Source: an uncultured Chloroflexia bacterium (lineage in GTDB: Bacteria; Chloroflexota; Limnocylindria; Limnocylindrales; CSP1-4). From it: a DNA stretch of 64,000 nt. This document shows, piece by piece, positions 36,596-46,706 of this stretch. The position numbers and the translations under genes are program-made. Position 1 is the stretch's first letter. Each line of letters starts with the position of its first letter. The stretch covers positions 32,001-96,000 of the forward strand of contig CAVVYR010000004.1 in assembly GCA_963752475.1 (NCBI GenBank), given 5' to 3'. Under the pieces are notes generated by a model. It saw only the letters and a program-made list of their open reading frames with translations, had not been told where the DNA came from and made no database searches.

Positions 36596-37708
36596 CTACT
36601 CGATGACCGGCCCCACGGGATCGGGCATCGGCGCCACCAGCTCGGTGGGGAAGATCAGACCCCACGATGCCTGGTCGAGATAGTCCCCGGACTGGCTGAG
36701 GTAGAGGGTCAGGCCTTCGTAGCCGCCCTCTCCTGTGAGCGGCAGGAGACCCGTGAACTGCATGACCTGATCGGTGTGAGCGAAGATCATCGGCCCCGAA
36801 CCCGACCACGAGCCACCGTCGTTGGTCAGGCGGAGCGCAACCGACCATGTCTGCACCACGCCGTCGTCGAGCTCGATCTGCGTGCGGTTATCCGACGACC
36901 GCAGGAGCCCCGATGCGCGCGGGTCGGTCGCCTCGATGCGGTCCACCATCATCGTCCCGCGGGACTCGCTCACCGAGCCCTCGGCGCTATGGTGATCGGT
37001 GCCCCAGTCCGGCTCCTCCACCTGCTCGGTCGTGTAGACGAAGGCCGCGGGAGCCATCGGATCGGACGGAGTCTCGGCGGACGCGGTGGCCTCCGGGTCT
37101 GGCGCCTTTCGCACCAGGAAGCCCTCCTCGTCCGACGGCTCGGCCGGGTCCGGGAAGCCCGCCGGCTCACCCTCGAAGATCCAGCCGTCGTACCCGACTT
37201 CCCACGGTGCGTGGGCATCCGCGCCGGTCGTGCCACGAAGGAGCAGGGACAGACCGTCATAGGCCCCCTCTCCGACCAGCTCGTAGTAGCTATCACGCGC
37301 GTCCTCGGCCAAGAGGGATCGACCGGTACCGCGCCAGGAGCCCTCGTCGCCGAGCAGGAGGTGGCTCGTTTGCATCGTCATCACGCCGGCTTCGGGGTCT
37401 TCGTAGATGGCCAGGTCCAGTCGGATCCAGTGCTCACTCGGGAGACGCGGATCGTTCCACTCCACCCACTGCCCCAGGACGTGACCTGCTTCTCGTGAAA
37501 CCCCAGGCTCATCAGTGACGGTCACCGTGTCCTGGACTCCAGTGTCCTCGTTGCCGTCTGGGCCGCTGTAGGAGGCGATCTCCACCACCGTCCCGGTCAC
37601 GTGCGTGGGCAGGGGCAGTTCCTCGTCTTGAGCGTGCACGGCCATCGAACTCGCGACGAGGATCGCCGCGATGACCAGGGCTCGCACGGTCGTCGCCAGA
37701 GTGCGCAT
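36596..37708 (-). CDS. Secreted protein with an internally duplicated domain
   Basis: Signal peptide; two copies of DPR..., G.W.G.G and L.GEG.Y.GL.L.L; start ATG 37708. Confidence 0.75.
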   Translation of the reverse strand: MRTLATTVRALVIAAILVASSMAVHAQDEELPLPTHVTGTVVEIASYSGPDGNEDTGVQDTVTVTDEPGVSREAGHVLGQWVEWNDPRLPSEHWIRLDLAIYEDPEAGVMTMQTSHLLLGDEGSWRGTGRSLLAEDARDSYYELVGEGAYDGLSLLLRGTTGADAHAPWEVGYDGWIFEGEPAGFPDPAEPSDEEGFLVRKAPDPEATASAETPSDPMAPAAFVYTTEQVEEPDWGTDHHSAEGSVSESRGTMMVDRIEATDPRASGLLRSSDNRTQIELDDGVVQTWSVALRLTNDGGSWSGSGPMIFAHTDQVMQFTGLLPLTGEGGYEGLTLYLSQSGDYLDQASWGLIFPTELVAPMPDPVGPVIE

Positions 37709-37899
37709 GACATCCCCCTTCATGCGCGGGCCGGTTTCGCCAGTGGCTCGGCGCGGCCCAGGCGGCCAAGGGTGGAGCCGCGCTTCAGTGCCTCCCGCTA
37801 CCTACTGATTCTCCCGCACGCGTCCAACGCCTGACACCTTCCGGCACCGTTGATGTCGTAGAACAGTGATCTCTTCCGGCGCCGCAGAACCCCGGGGCA

Positions 37900-38051
37900 C
37901 TAGGCTGACGCTCGGGACCCCGCTTCGCGCCCGCTTGGAGCGTCATTCGAGCCCACGGGCACTGACTGACGCCGCACGTGGACGATCGAGTGCCCCATGG
38001 ATGAGATGACGCTTGGCGAGGCCGTTTCAGAGCAGCCGAGCGTCAGCCTAG
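37900..38051. mobile_element. 152-bp MITE-like element or rod-shaped ncRNA
   Basis: Perfect 16-bp terminal inverted repeat CTAGGCTGACGCTCGG / CCGAGCGTCAGCCTAG with nested internal stems. Confidence 0.6.
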
Positions 38052-38085
38052 GCTCCACAGGATGGTCGAGCCGACAGCTGCAGTT

Positions 38086-39396
38086 CTACGCCGGTGTCGA
38101 CTCCCGGGGCAGATTGGCCGAGCGATAGATGAGCAGTCCCACCACGAGCGAGATGGCCAGGCCCACGACGAAGAACCAGAACGGCAGGCCGACACCGATC
38201 TCGAAGAGGTTGCCGGCCACCAGCGAGGCCACGACAAGAGCCAGGGTCGCGGTCGCCCCGAAGAGACCCTGCGCGGTCGAGGAACGCCCCGCCGGTGTGC
38301 CCTTCGCGAGCATGGCGTAGAGCGCCGGTGCCATCGCCGCGGTGGCGGCCGCCTCGAACGGCACCGCCAGCGTGGGCACGTAGTAGTGCGTGGCCGTGGC
38401 ATAGACGGCACCGGAGACGAGGATGACGGCACCGCTCGCGATGATCACCCCGACCGGCCCACGGCGGTCGACCACGCGTCCGGCCAGGGGCCCCATGAGC
38501 ATCTCGGGGATGCCGAAGACGACGAAGGTGAGGCTGACCCAGGCCACTGACGCACCGAGCGCGATGAGGTACAGCGACCACACCACCTCGTATGTGCCGA
38601 ACGTGAGGTGCAGACCGAAGACCAGCACGAGCGCCGCGATGACCGTGCGGTTGAAGACGGCCCGCAGTGGCGCCTGCTTCGCGGGCGCGACCTCCTCGGT
38701 CGGCACCACCAGCGTCTGCGATGCGCTGTAGGGGTCCCCGGCCGGGATGGGCTTGGCCTCGGGATGGTGCTCGAACTCGGGCGATTCGACCGCGTGCGGA
38801 TTGGGGTCGAGGTAGCGGATGAGCACCACCACGCCCACGAGAGCAAGGGCGCTCGTGAAGAAGAAGGGGAAGGTGTAGCCACCGAAGATCGTGGCGCCGA
38901 GGCCACCGATCGCCGGGCCGATGACGAAGCCCGCGATCTGGAAGGAGCCGTAGAAGCCGAAGGCCTCGCCTCGCTCATCGGGTTCGGTGGCGTCGACGAC
39001 CATGCCGCGCGCGGCCGGGTCATAGGCGGCCGTGGAGACGCCGGCCAGGAAGCGCAGGACCACGAAGGCGGCGAAGGTCGTGAAGAACGCCGGCAGCACG
39101 CTCACCACCGCCAGCACCAGCAGGCCGCCGATCATCTGCGGCTTGCGCGAGTGCCGGTCGGCCCACCAGCCGAAGATGGGCTCGAAGAGGAGCTTGGCCA
39201 CGGCCCAGGCGGCGACGATGACGCCGAGCCCGGAGGGGTCGATGCCGTGCTCCTCGATGTACAGCGGCAGCACCGGCAGCAGCGCGCCGAAGCCGATGGT
39301 CACGATCATCTGCACCGCGAAGATGGGCAGCAGCGGATGCCAGCGCGTGAACCATGCGGAGATACGGTGCCGCCAGTCGGCGCGAGAAGTGGGCAT
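38086..39396 (-). CDS. MFS transporter (paralog A)
   Basis: FGWWADRHSRK motif A; about 12 TM helices. Confidence 0.92.
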   Translation of the reverse strand: MPTSRADWRHRISAWFTRWHPLLPIFAVQMIVTIGFGALLPVLPLYIEEHGIDPSGLGVIVAAWAVAKLLFEPIFGWWADRHSRKPQMIGGLLVLAVVSVLPAFFTTFAAFVVLRFLAGVSTAAYDPAARGMVVDATEPDERGEAFGFYGSFQIAGFVIGPAIGGLGATIFGGYTFPFFFTSALALVGVVVLIRYLDPNPHAVESPEFEHHPEAKPIPAGDPYSASQTLVVPTEEVAPAKQAPLRAVFNRTVIAALVLVFGLHLTFGTYEVVWSLYLIALGASVAWVSLTFVVFGIPEMLMGPLAGRVVDRRGPVGVIIASGAVILVSGAVYATATHYYVPTLAVPFEAAATAAMAPALYAMLAKGTPAGRSSTAQGLFGATATLALVVASLVAGNLFEIGVGLPFWFFVVGLAISLVVGLLIYRSANLPRESTPA

Positions 39397-39406
39397 CGGG
39401 CCGAGC

Positions 39407-40717
39407 CTACTCCGTGGCGGCGCGTCCGGCTGCGGGCAGGGAGCGGTAGAGGAGCAAGCCGATGATCATCGAGACGCCGATGCCGACCACGAAGAAGACG
39501 AAGGGCAGGCTCATGTGGATCTCGAAGAGTGCACCGGCCACGACCGAGGCCACGATGAGCCCCAGCGTGCTCGTGGCGCCGAAGAGGCCCTGGGCCGTAG
39601 AGGCGCGACCCCGTGGCGTGCCTCGACCGAGGATCGTGTAGAGCGCAGGCATCATGGCCGCGGTCGCGGCCGCTTCGATCGGCGCCACGAACGACGAGGC
39701 CAGGTACGAGCGCGAGAGTGCATAGAACGTGCCCGTACACATGATCACGACCCCGGTGATGATGATCGGGCGCAGGGGGCCGTGGCGGTCGATGTAGCGG
39801 CCGGCGAACGGGGCCACCAGCATCTCCGGCAGCGAGAAGAGCACGAAGCTCACGCCGACCCAGGCCACCGAAGCGCCGAGGGCCACGAGGTACAGCGCCC
39901 ACACCACCTCGTACGTGCCGAACGTGAGGTGGAGGCCGAAGGTGAAGATGAGCGCGGTGATGACCGTGCGGTTGAAGACCGCGCTGATCGGAGCCTGCTC
40001 CTGGGGCTCGGGCGGGTCGGGCGGAACGATGGCCTGCTCGGAGGCACTGAAGGGCTCGCCGCTGATCCGGGAGATCGAGTCATGGTCGTGGTCGGCCGCG
40101 TCGGGCTCGACGAGCCTGGGGTTCGGTGAGAGGCGGAGGGCCAGGACGACAGCGCCGGCGATCGAGAGCAGCCCGGTGGCGATGAAGGGGAAGGCGAAGC
40201 CGCCGAAGATCGCGGCGCCGATGCCACCGATGGCCGGGCCCACCGCGAAGCCGCCGATCTGGAATGCGGCATAGATACCGAAGGCCTCGCCCCGCTCGTT
40301 CTCATCGGTGGCGTCGGTGACCATGCCCTTGGCAGCAGGATCGTAGGCGGCGGTCGCAGCACCGGCGATGAAGCGCAGGATGAACAGCGCCCAGAAGCCA
40401 TGGAACCACAGCGGCAACACGCTCGCGATGGCCAGCACCAAGAGGCCGGCGATCATGAGGGGCTTGCGCGAGTGGCGGTCGGCCCACCAGCCGAAGACCG
40501 GCTCGAACAGGAGCTTGGCGATGGACCAGGCCGCGATGATGAGCCCGATCTGCGCGGGGTCGATGCCCTGGTCCTCGACGAACAGCGTGAGCACCGGCAT
40601 CAGCGCGCCGAAGCCGATGAGCACGATGAACTCGGCCCCGAAGACCGGCAGCAGCGGCCGCCAGCGTCGGAGCCATGCGTCCATCCGGGCACGGCGATTC
40701 ATGGGAGGTTGGGCCAT
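39407..40717 (-). CDS. MFS transporter (paralog B; start uncertain)
   Basis: FGWWADRHSRK; shares GLHLTFGTYEVVW with paralog A. Confidence 0.9.
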   Translation of the reverse strand: MAQPPMNRRARMDAWLRRWRPLLPVFGAEFIVLIGFGALMPVLTLFVEDQGIDPAQIGLIIAAWSIAKLLFEPVFGWWADRHSRKPLMIAGLLVLAIASVLPLWFHGFWALFILRFIAGAATAAYDPAAKGMVTDATDENERGEAFGIYAAFQIGGFAVGPAIGGIGAAIFGGFAFPFIATGLLSIAGAVVLALRLSPNPRLVEPDAADHDHDSISRISGEPFSASEQAIVPPDPPEPQEQAPISAVFNRTVITALIFTFGLHLTFGTYEVVWALYLVALGASVAWVGVSFVLFSLPEMLVAPFAGRYIDRHGPLRPIIITGVVIMCTGTFYALSRSYLASSFVAPIEAAATAAMMPALYTILGRGTPRGRASTAQGLFGATSTLGLIVASVVAGALFEIHMSLPFVFFVVGIGVSMIIGLLLYRSLPAAGRAATE

Positions 40718-40788
40718 TCCGTCCGAGGGTATCGCGTCCGACACGCGTGCCACGCGAGCTGGCACAACGGCCGCGTACCATCGAGTCG

Positions 40789-43700
40789 ATGCAGATCATC
40801 GCCGGGAAGCCGGTCTACAGCGCGACCGATCTCGTCGGATTCCTCGCCTGCAACCACCTGACGGATCTCGAGCGCTGCAAGCTGCAGGGCCTCGTGGAGA
40901 AGCCGCACCGCGATGACCCTGAGCTGGACATCATCGTCAAGCGCGGCCTGGAGCACGAGCAGACGTACATCGGCCGCCTCAAGGAGTCCAGGGACGAGAT
41001 GTCCACGACTACTCGGCCGACCGACCGGAGGGCATGCACCCCGGCGAGTTCTACCGTGCCCAGGCCGCCATCACGCGACAGGCCATCGAGCGTGGCGATG
41101 ACGTCATCTTCCAGGCCTGCTTCTTCGACGGGACGTGGCTCGGTTTCGCGGACTTCCTGCTGCGGGTGGACGACCCCGAGGCGCCGCTGGGCTGGTCCTA
41201 CGAGGTCGCCGATACCAAGCTGGCGCACTCGGTCAAGGCCGGCGCCCTGCTCCAGATCTGCGTCTACAACGAGATGCTGAGCGAGATCCAGGGCGTCTAC
41301 CCGGAGCGCATGTACGTCGCGCTCGGAGGCAAGGACAGGGAGACGCAGGAGTTCCGTACCGCGGACTTCCGGGCCTACTTCCGGGCTGTGCGTCGCCGCT
41401 TCCTGCAGTACGCCGCCGGGCCTGAGCCGACCTATCCGCCCGCGCTCCCGTCGTACCCGGAGCCCGCGGAGCACTGCCGTGTCTGCTCGTGGGACCCCAT
41501 CTGCCGCGACCGGCGCCGGACGGATGATCACCTCTCGCTCGTGGCCAACATCACGGCCAAGACGCGGGCCTCGCTCGTGGAACGGGAGGTGGAGACACGA
41601 CGTGGTCTCGCCGAGCTGGAGCTGCCCATGGCGCCGCCGCTTCAGGGCACCCGGCCGGAGGTGCTGGAGCGCGTGCATCGGCAGGCGGAGCTGCAGGTCC
41701 AGGGAGAGGACGAGGACCGCAAGATCTACGAGCTGCTGCCCCCGCACGAAGCGGATGACGGGACGCTGGACACGACCAAGGGCCTGCTGGCGCTCCCGGA
41801 GCCCAACCCCGGTGACCTCTACCTGGACCTCGAGGGCGACCCGTTCATCGGCGATGACGGCATGGACTACCTCTTCGGCCTGCTGCAGCCGTCCGAGGTG
41901 GACGCGGACGGCGAGCCGCTGTTCCATGCCTTCTGGAGCAAGGACGCCTCGGGCGAGGTGACCGACGCCGGCGAGAAGGCCGCCTTCGAGGCCTGCATCG
42001 ACAAGATCATGGAGCTCCTCGAGGAGGACCCCAACCTCCACGTGTACCACTACGCGCCCTACGAACCGAGTCACTTCGGCCGGCTGATGGGCCGCTACAA
42101 CACGCGCCAGGACGAGGTCGACCGACTGCTTCGTGGCGACATCCTCGTGGACCTCTACGGGGTCGTGCGGCAGGGGCTACTGGCCTCGGTCGAGAGCTAC
42201 TCGATCAAGAAGCTGGAGCCGTTCTACGACTTCACCCGCGGCATCGAGCTGCGCGCGGCGAACGACTCCATCGTCGAGTTCGAGCGCTGGATGGAGCTCG
42301 GCAGCCACGGCGATGGCGTGGGCCAGGAGATCCTCGACCAGATCGAGGCCTACAACCGCGACGACGTCGTATCGACGCTGCTGCTTCACCGCTGGCTGGA
42401 GACGCTGCGCGATGAGCTGGCCCGCAAGCGCGGCGAGGTGCTGCCCAGGCCGGAGGTCAAGGACGGCGAGCCCGATGAGGACCTGGCCGAATACCTGCGG
42501 CGCATCCAGGACGTCGCCGAGCCGCTGGTCGCGGACATCCCCGATGACGAGACCGAGCGACCGTGGACCGACGACGAACGCGCGAGGCTGTTGCTCGCCA
42601 ACGTACTCGGCTGGCATCGCCGAGAGCAGAAGCCCGAGTGGTGGGCCTACTTCCACATGCTGGAGATGCCGCCGGACGAGCTCATCGACGCCCGAGAGCC
42701 GCTCGGGGCACTCGAGCTGGTCGGGGTCGAGGATGAGGTGAACCGGACGTACCGCTACCGCTTCCCGCCGCAGGACTTCGACGTGGGTAGCCAGCCGATC
42801 GACCCAGCCAACGGCAAGGCCATGCCGGTCGAGGACGCTCCGACGGACCGCAACGAGATCGTGCTGCGCTTCCCGCGCGGTCGGGAGATCGAGCACCCGA
42901 CGGCGCTCGTGCCCAAGAACATCATCCCCACGCCCGGCCAGGAGGAGCGGCTGCTCGACCTCGGCCGCTACGTCGTGGACCACGGGCTGGAGGGTGACGG
43001 CGACTACCGCGCCGGGCGTGACATGCTGCGCCTTCGGTCGCCACGGGTGATCGGCCACCTCGATGGTGAGCCACTGCGCCACGACGGCGAGTCGGCCGGC
43101 GATGCGGCCCGGCGACTGGTGCAGGTCCTCGACAGCACATGCCTGGCCATCCAGGGCCCACCCGGCAGCGGCAAGACCTGGATCGGCGGGCGCATGATCC
43201 TCGACCTCGTGGCCCAGGGCAAGACCGTCGGCGTCACCGCCGGCAGCCACAAGGTCATCGGCAACCTGCTCGACAACGTGTGGGAGGCGCAGAAGGATCA
43301 CCCAGCGTTCCAGGATCAGAAGGTGCGCATCCGCCAGAAGCCCGGCAACAAGAGCGAGCCCACCTGCGACTACGCGGAGCCCATCTCCCGGGCGGAGGAC
43401 GTGGCGGCTGCCTTCATCGATGGCGCGATCGACGTCGTCGGCGGCACCAGCTGGCTGTGGTCCAGCGCCAAGATCCCGCCGCAGACCGTCGATGTCCTCT
43501 TCATCGACGAGGCCGGCCAGTTCTCGCTGGCCAACGCGCTGGCGGTCTCGGCCGCAGCCTCGTCGGTCGTGCTGCTGGGCGATCCGCAGCAGCTGGACCA
43601 GCCCATCAAGGGCTCGCATCCGCCGGGCGCCGAAGGCAGTGCGCTCGGACATCTGCTCGGCTCGGAGTCGGTCATGCCGGCCGAGCGTGGTCTCTTCATG

Positions 43701-44342
43701 GACAAGACCTGGCGGCTGCATCCGCAGATCTGCGACTACACCTCGGAGGTCTTCTACCGCAGCGAGCTCCAGCCGGAGGATGGCAACGAGCGGCAGGCGC
43801 TCACGGGCTCGGGCCTCGCGGACGGCGAGGGCATCCGCTTCATCGCGGTCGAGCACGCCGAGGCGCGCAACGACAACAGCTCCATCGAGGAAGCTCGAGT
43901 CATCGCTGACGTCGTCTGTGACCTGCTGAACGGTCGGGCCACCTGGATCGACCGTGAGCTCACCACGAAGTCGATCGACCCGCGGGACATCCTCGTCATC
44001 ACGCCCTACAACGCGCAGCGGACGTTGATCAACGCGGAGCTGGCCAGGCGCGGCGAGGCTTGCGCGCGCGTGCCCGTCGGGACCGTGGACAAGTTCCAGG
44101 GTCAGCAGGCGCCGGTGTCGATCTACTCGATGGCCACGTCGCGGCCGGAGGATGCGCCGCGCGGCATGGAGTTCCTCTACTCGCTCAACCGGCTGAACGT
44201 AGCGACCTCGCGAGCGCGCTGCCTGACGCTGGTGGTGGCCTCACCGGCGCTGGTGGCAGCGAACGCGCGCACGCCGCAGCAGATGGTGCTGGCCAACGCG
44301 CTCTGTCGGCTGGAAGAAGTCGCCCGGGAGCGATCGTCATGA
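40789..44342 (+). CDS. TM0106-family RecB-like nuclease + RNase H-like domain + SF1 (Dna2/Upf1-like) helicase; one apparent frameshift near 40988
   Basis: SATDLVGFLAC, ADFLL...DTKL, CRVCSWDPIC, LDLEGDP, YNRDD, QGPPGSGKT, IDEAGQ, GDPQQL, TVDKFQG and RLNVATSRA. The 40675 and 41034 frames join at K-E-S/Q-G-R-D-V. Confidence 0.88.
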
Positions 44343-46196
44343 CGACCGCGGTGGTCACGGGTATCGAGGCCCTGACGCGCGCCGATGACGGCACGCTCGT
44401 CATCCCGGAGGACCGCGAGGCCTGGCGCGAGTGGGTCAGCGCCACCAAGGCGCGCAACTGGCTCAACGACGACCCGCTGCTCGACTGGCTCGACCGTTTC
44501 GGCACGGACAAGGGCTTCGAGCGCGACCAGGAGGCGGAGGGGTTCGACCCTCGCACGGACTTCCGCCCGTTCATCTTCGGCCAGGGTGACGCCTTCGAGC
44601 AGGGCGTGATGCGGCTGCTGGCGGAGAGGCACCCGGTCGCCACCATCGCGGAGACGTGGGAGGACAGCCGCTCGCTCGATGCCGCCGCGGCCACGCTTGC
44701 CGCGATGCGCGACGCCACGCCGATCATCGCCCAGGGCGTGCTGCGGGACCCGGAGCACCGGACCTACGGCGTGGCCGACCTGCTCGTGCGTTCGGACGTG
44801 CTGCGCGAGCTGTTCCCCGATGACATCAGCGAGGAGGACGCGGCCGCAGGGGCGACGTCGCTCTGGCTGCCCGCGATGCACTACCGCGTCATCGACATCA
44901 AGATGCGCACGCTCGACTTGCGGGCCGACGGCTCGGTCGGGCGCTCCGCGGACACGCTCGCCTACCAAGCGCAGGTGTGGGTCTACAACACGGCGCTCGG
45001 GCGCATCCAGGGCTTCGAGCCGCCCGCCGGCTACCTGCTGGGGCGCAACTGGAAGCGACGTGGCGAGCGTGGATCGGGCTGCCTGGACCGGCTCGGCCGC
45101 ATCGACATGGACAACACCTTCGACCGGTATGACGGTCAGAGCCTCTCGTCGCTTGCACAGCAGGCACACCAGTGGATCCGCCAAGTGCGGGCGCAGGGGG
45201 CCGAGTGGGAGGTGCTGCCGGTGCCCACGCGGCCGGAGCTCTACCCGCACATGGGCAACGACTACGACGACCCGTGGCACACCGCCAAGGCCAGGATCGG
45301 TGACGAGCTCGCGGAGCTGACGATGCTGCCGGGCGTGAACCCGCGGCGTCGCCGGGCCATGCACGAGCGCGGGATCACGCGCTGGACGGATTCGGCCGTG
45401 TCGGCGCAGTCGCTGGAGCTGAGCGGCATGGCCGCTCGGATGTGTGAGGCGGTGCTGGCGGCGAACCGGGCCGATGAGCCGGTCGTGCTGCCGGAGCGGC
45501 TGGATCTCGAGGACGACGCCTGGCGCGAGGTCGCGCCGCTGGAGCTGTACGTGGACTTCGAGACGGTCTCGTCGCTGGCCGATGACTTCTCCGCGCTGCC
45601 GGCCGAGGGTGGGCTACCCCTGATCTTCCAGATCGGCTGCGGGCGCATGGAACATGGGGAGTGGCAGTTCGACCAGTGGACCGTGGACCGGCTGGACGAG
45701 CCGTCGGAGGTGGCCATCATCGACGCCTGGGTGGCGCGGGTGCGGGAGCTGTGTGAAGTGCGTGGGATCAAGCTCGACGAGGCACGGCTCTTCCACTGGA
45801 GTCCGGCGGAGACGTCGACGCTGACCACGGCCTACAACGCGGCTCGGAAGCGGCACCCGGAGAACGAGTGGCCGTTGCTGCCGTGGTTCGACCTGCTGGA
45901 CCGGGTGGTGAAGGCGGCGCCACTGGGCGTGACCGGCGCGTTCGGCTACGGGCTCAAGGACATCGCCAAGGCGATGCACGCGATGGGCTTGATCGAGACC
46001 GCGTGGGGTGACGGGTTGACCGATGGCCTCGGCGCGATGGTCGCGGCGTGGCGCGTGGACGAAGCGGTCGCGGAGCTAGGTGGCAAGCTGCTCGACGACC
46101 CGCTGATGCAAGAGGTCGCCGACTACAACCAAGTCGACTGCCAAGTCATGGCCGAGATCCTGGAGTTGGCTGCGCGATCGCGAGGCTACGCGGTGA
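44339..46196 (+). CDS. Second RecB-like nuclease + RNase H-like protein, no helicase; apparent extra T near 46166
   Basis: WVSAT, ADLLVRSD, VIDIK, Q..VY, YVDFET and YNQVDC. Removing one T gives EILEWLRDREATR* ending at 46196; as written the ORF runs to 46372. Confidence 0.8.
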
Positions 46197-46662
46197 GGAC
46201 GTCGCGCTGCTCTTCCCCAGGCGGGGCGGCCACCGGGAACTCCCGGGTCAGCCAACTGCGCACGTCATCTGCATCGCTGTATCCGTTCGCCTTGAGGATG
46301 TCGACGATGTCACGGGCGGCGATCACCACAATGGGATGCCCGTCCGACTTGAACTCCTCGTACGCCTGTTGATTGAGGTACGAAGTGGTCACGAGCACGC
46401 CGAACATCCGATTCCGGATGCGCGAAATCAGTCGAGCGAGATCGCGCACGTTGACCGAGTTCTCGAATGCATATCGCTTCGCTTCGAGCGCGAACTCGAG
46501 CCGCACCGGGTCGCTCTCCGGTCCTACGCGCACAGTCCCAAACGCATCTCTTCCACCGTCGCGACTCGGCCGCGTCATCGTGTATTCGATCCTGCCTGCC
46601 TGCATCTCCCACAGCCTCGCAGCGCATGCCTCGAAGTCGGTTGGGTTCTCGAAGAGGTCATG
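46186..46662 (-). pseudogene. C-terminal catalytic fragment of an AspBHI/MspJI-like (Mrr-cat) restriction endonuclease
   Basis: DFEACAARLW...TRPSRDGGRDAFG...FALEAKRY...RLISRIR..FGVLVTTS...DGHPIVVI; the N-terminal part is absent and an in-frame stop lies just upstream. Confidence 0.8.
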
Positions 46663-46698
46663 ACCGAAATTCTCGGCTGGCTACGAGTGAACCGCTAG
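46654..46698 (+). pseudogene. Displaced duplicate 3' end of the upstream nuclease gene
   Basis: Encodes EVMTEILGWLRVNR*, matching QVMAEILE(W)LRDR at 46142-46182. Confidence 0.7.
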
Positions 46699-46706
46699 GA
46701 GTTCGG

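Noticed and set aside
40789-44342. Cas4 / CRISPR adaptation gene
   Set aside because: The Cys pattern is Cas4-like, but it is part of a TM0106 nuclease-helicase fusion with no cas1 or array.
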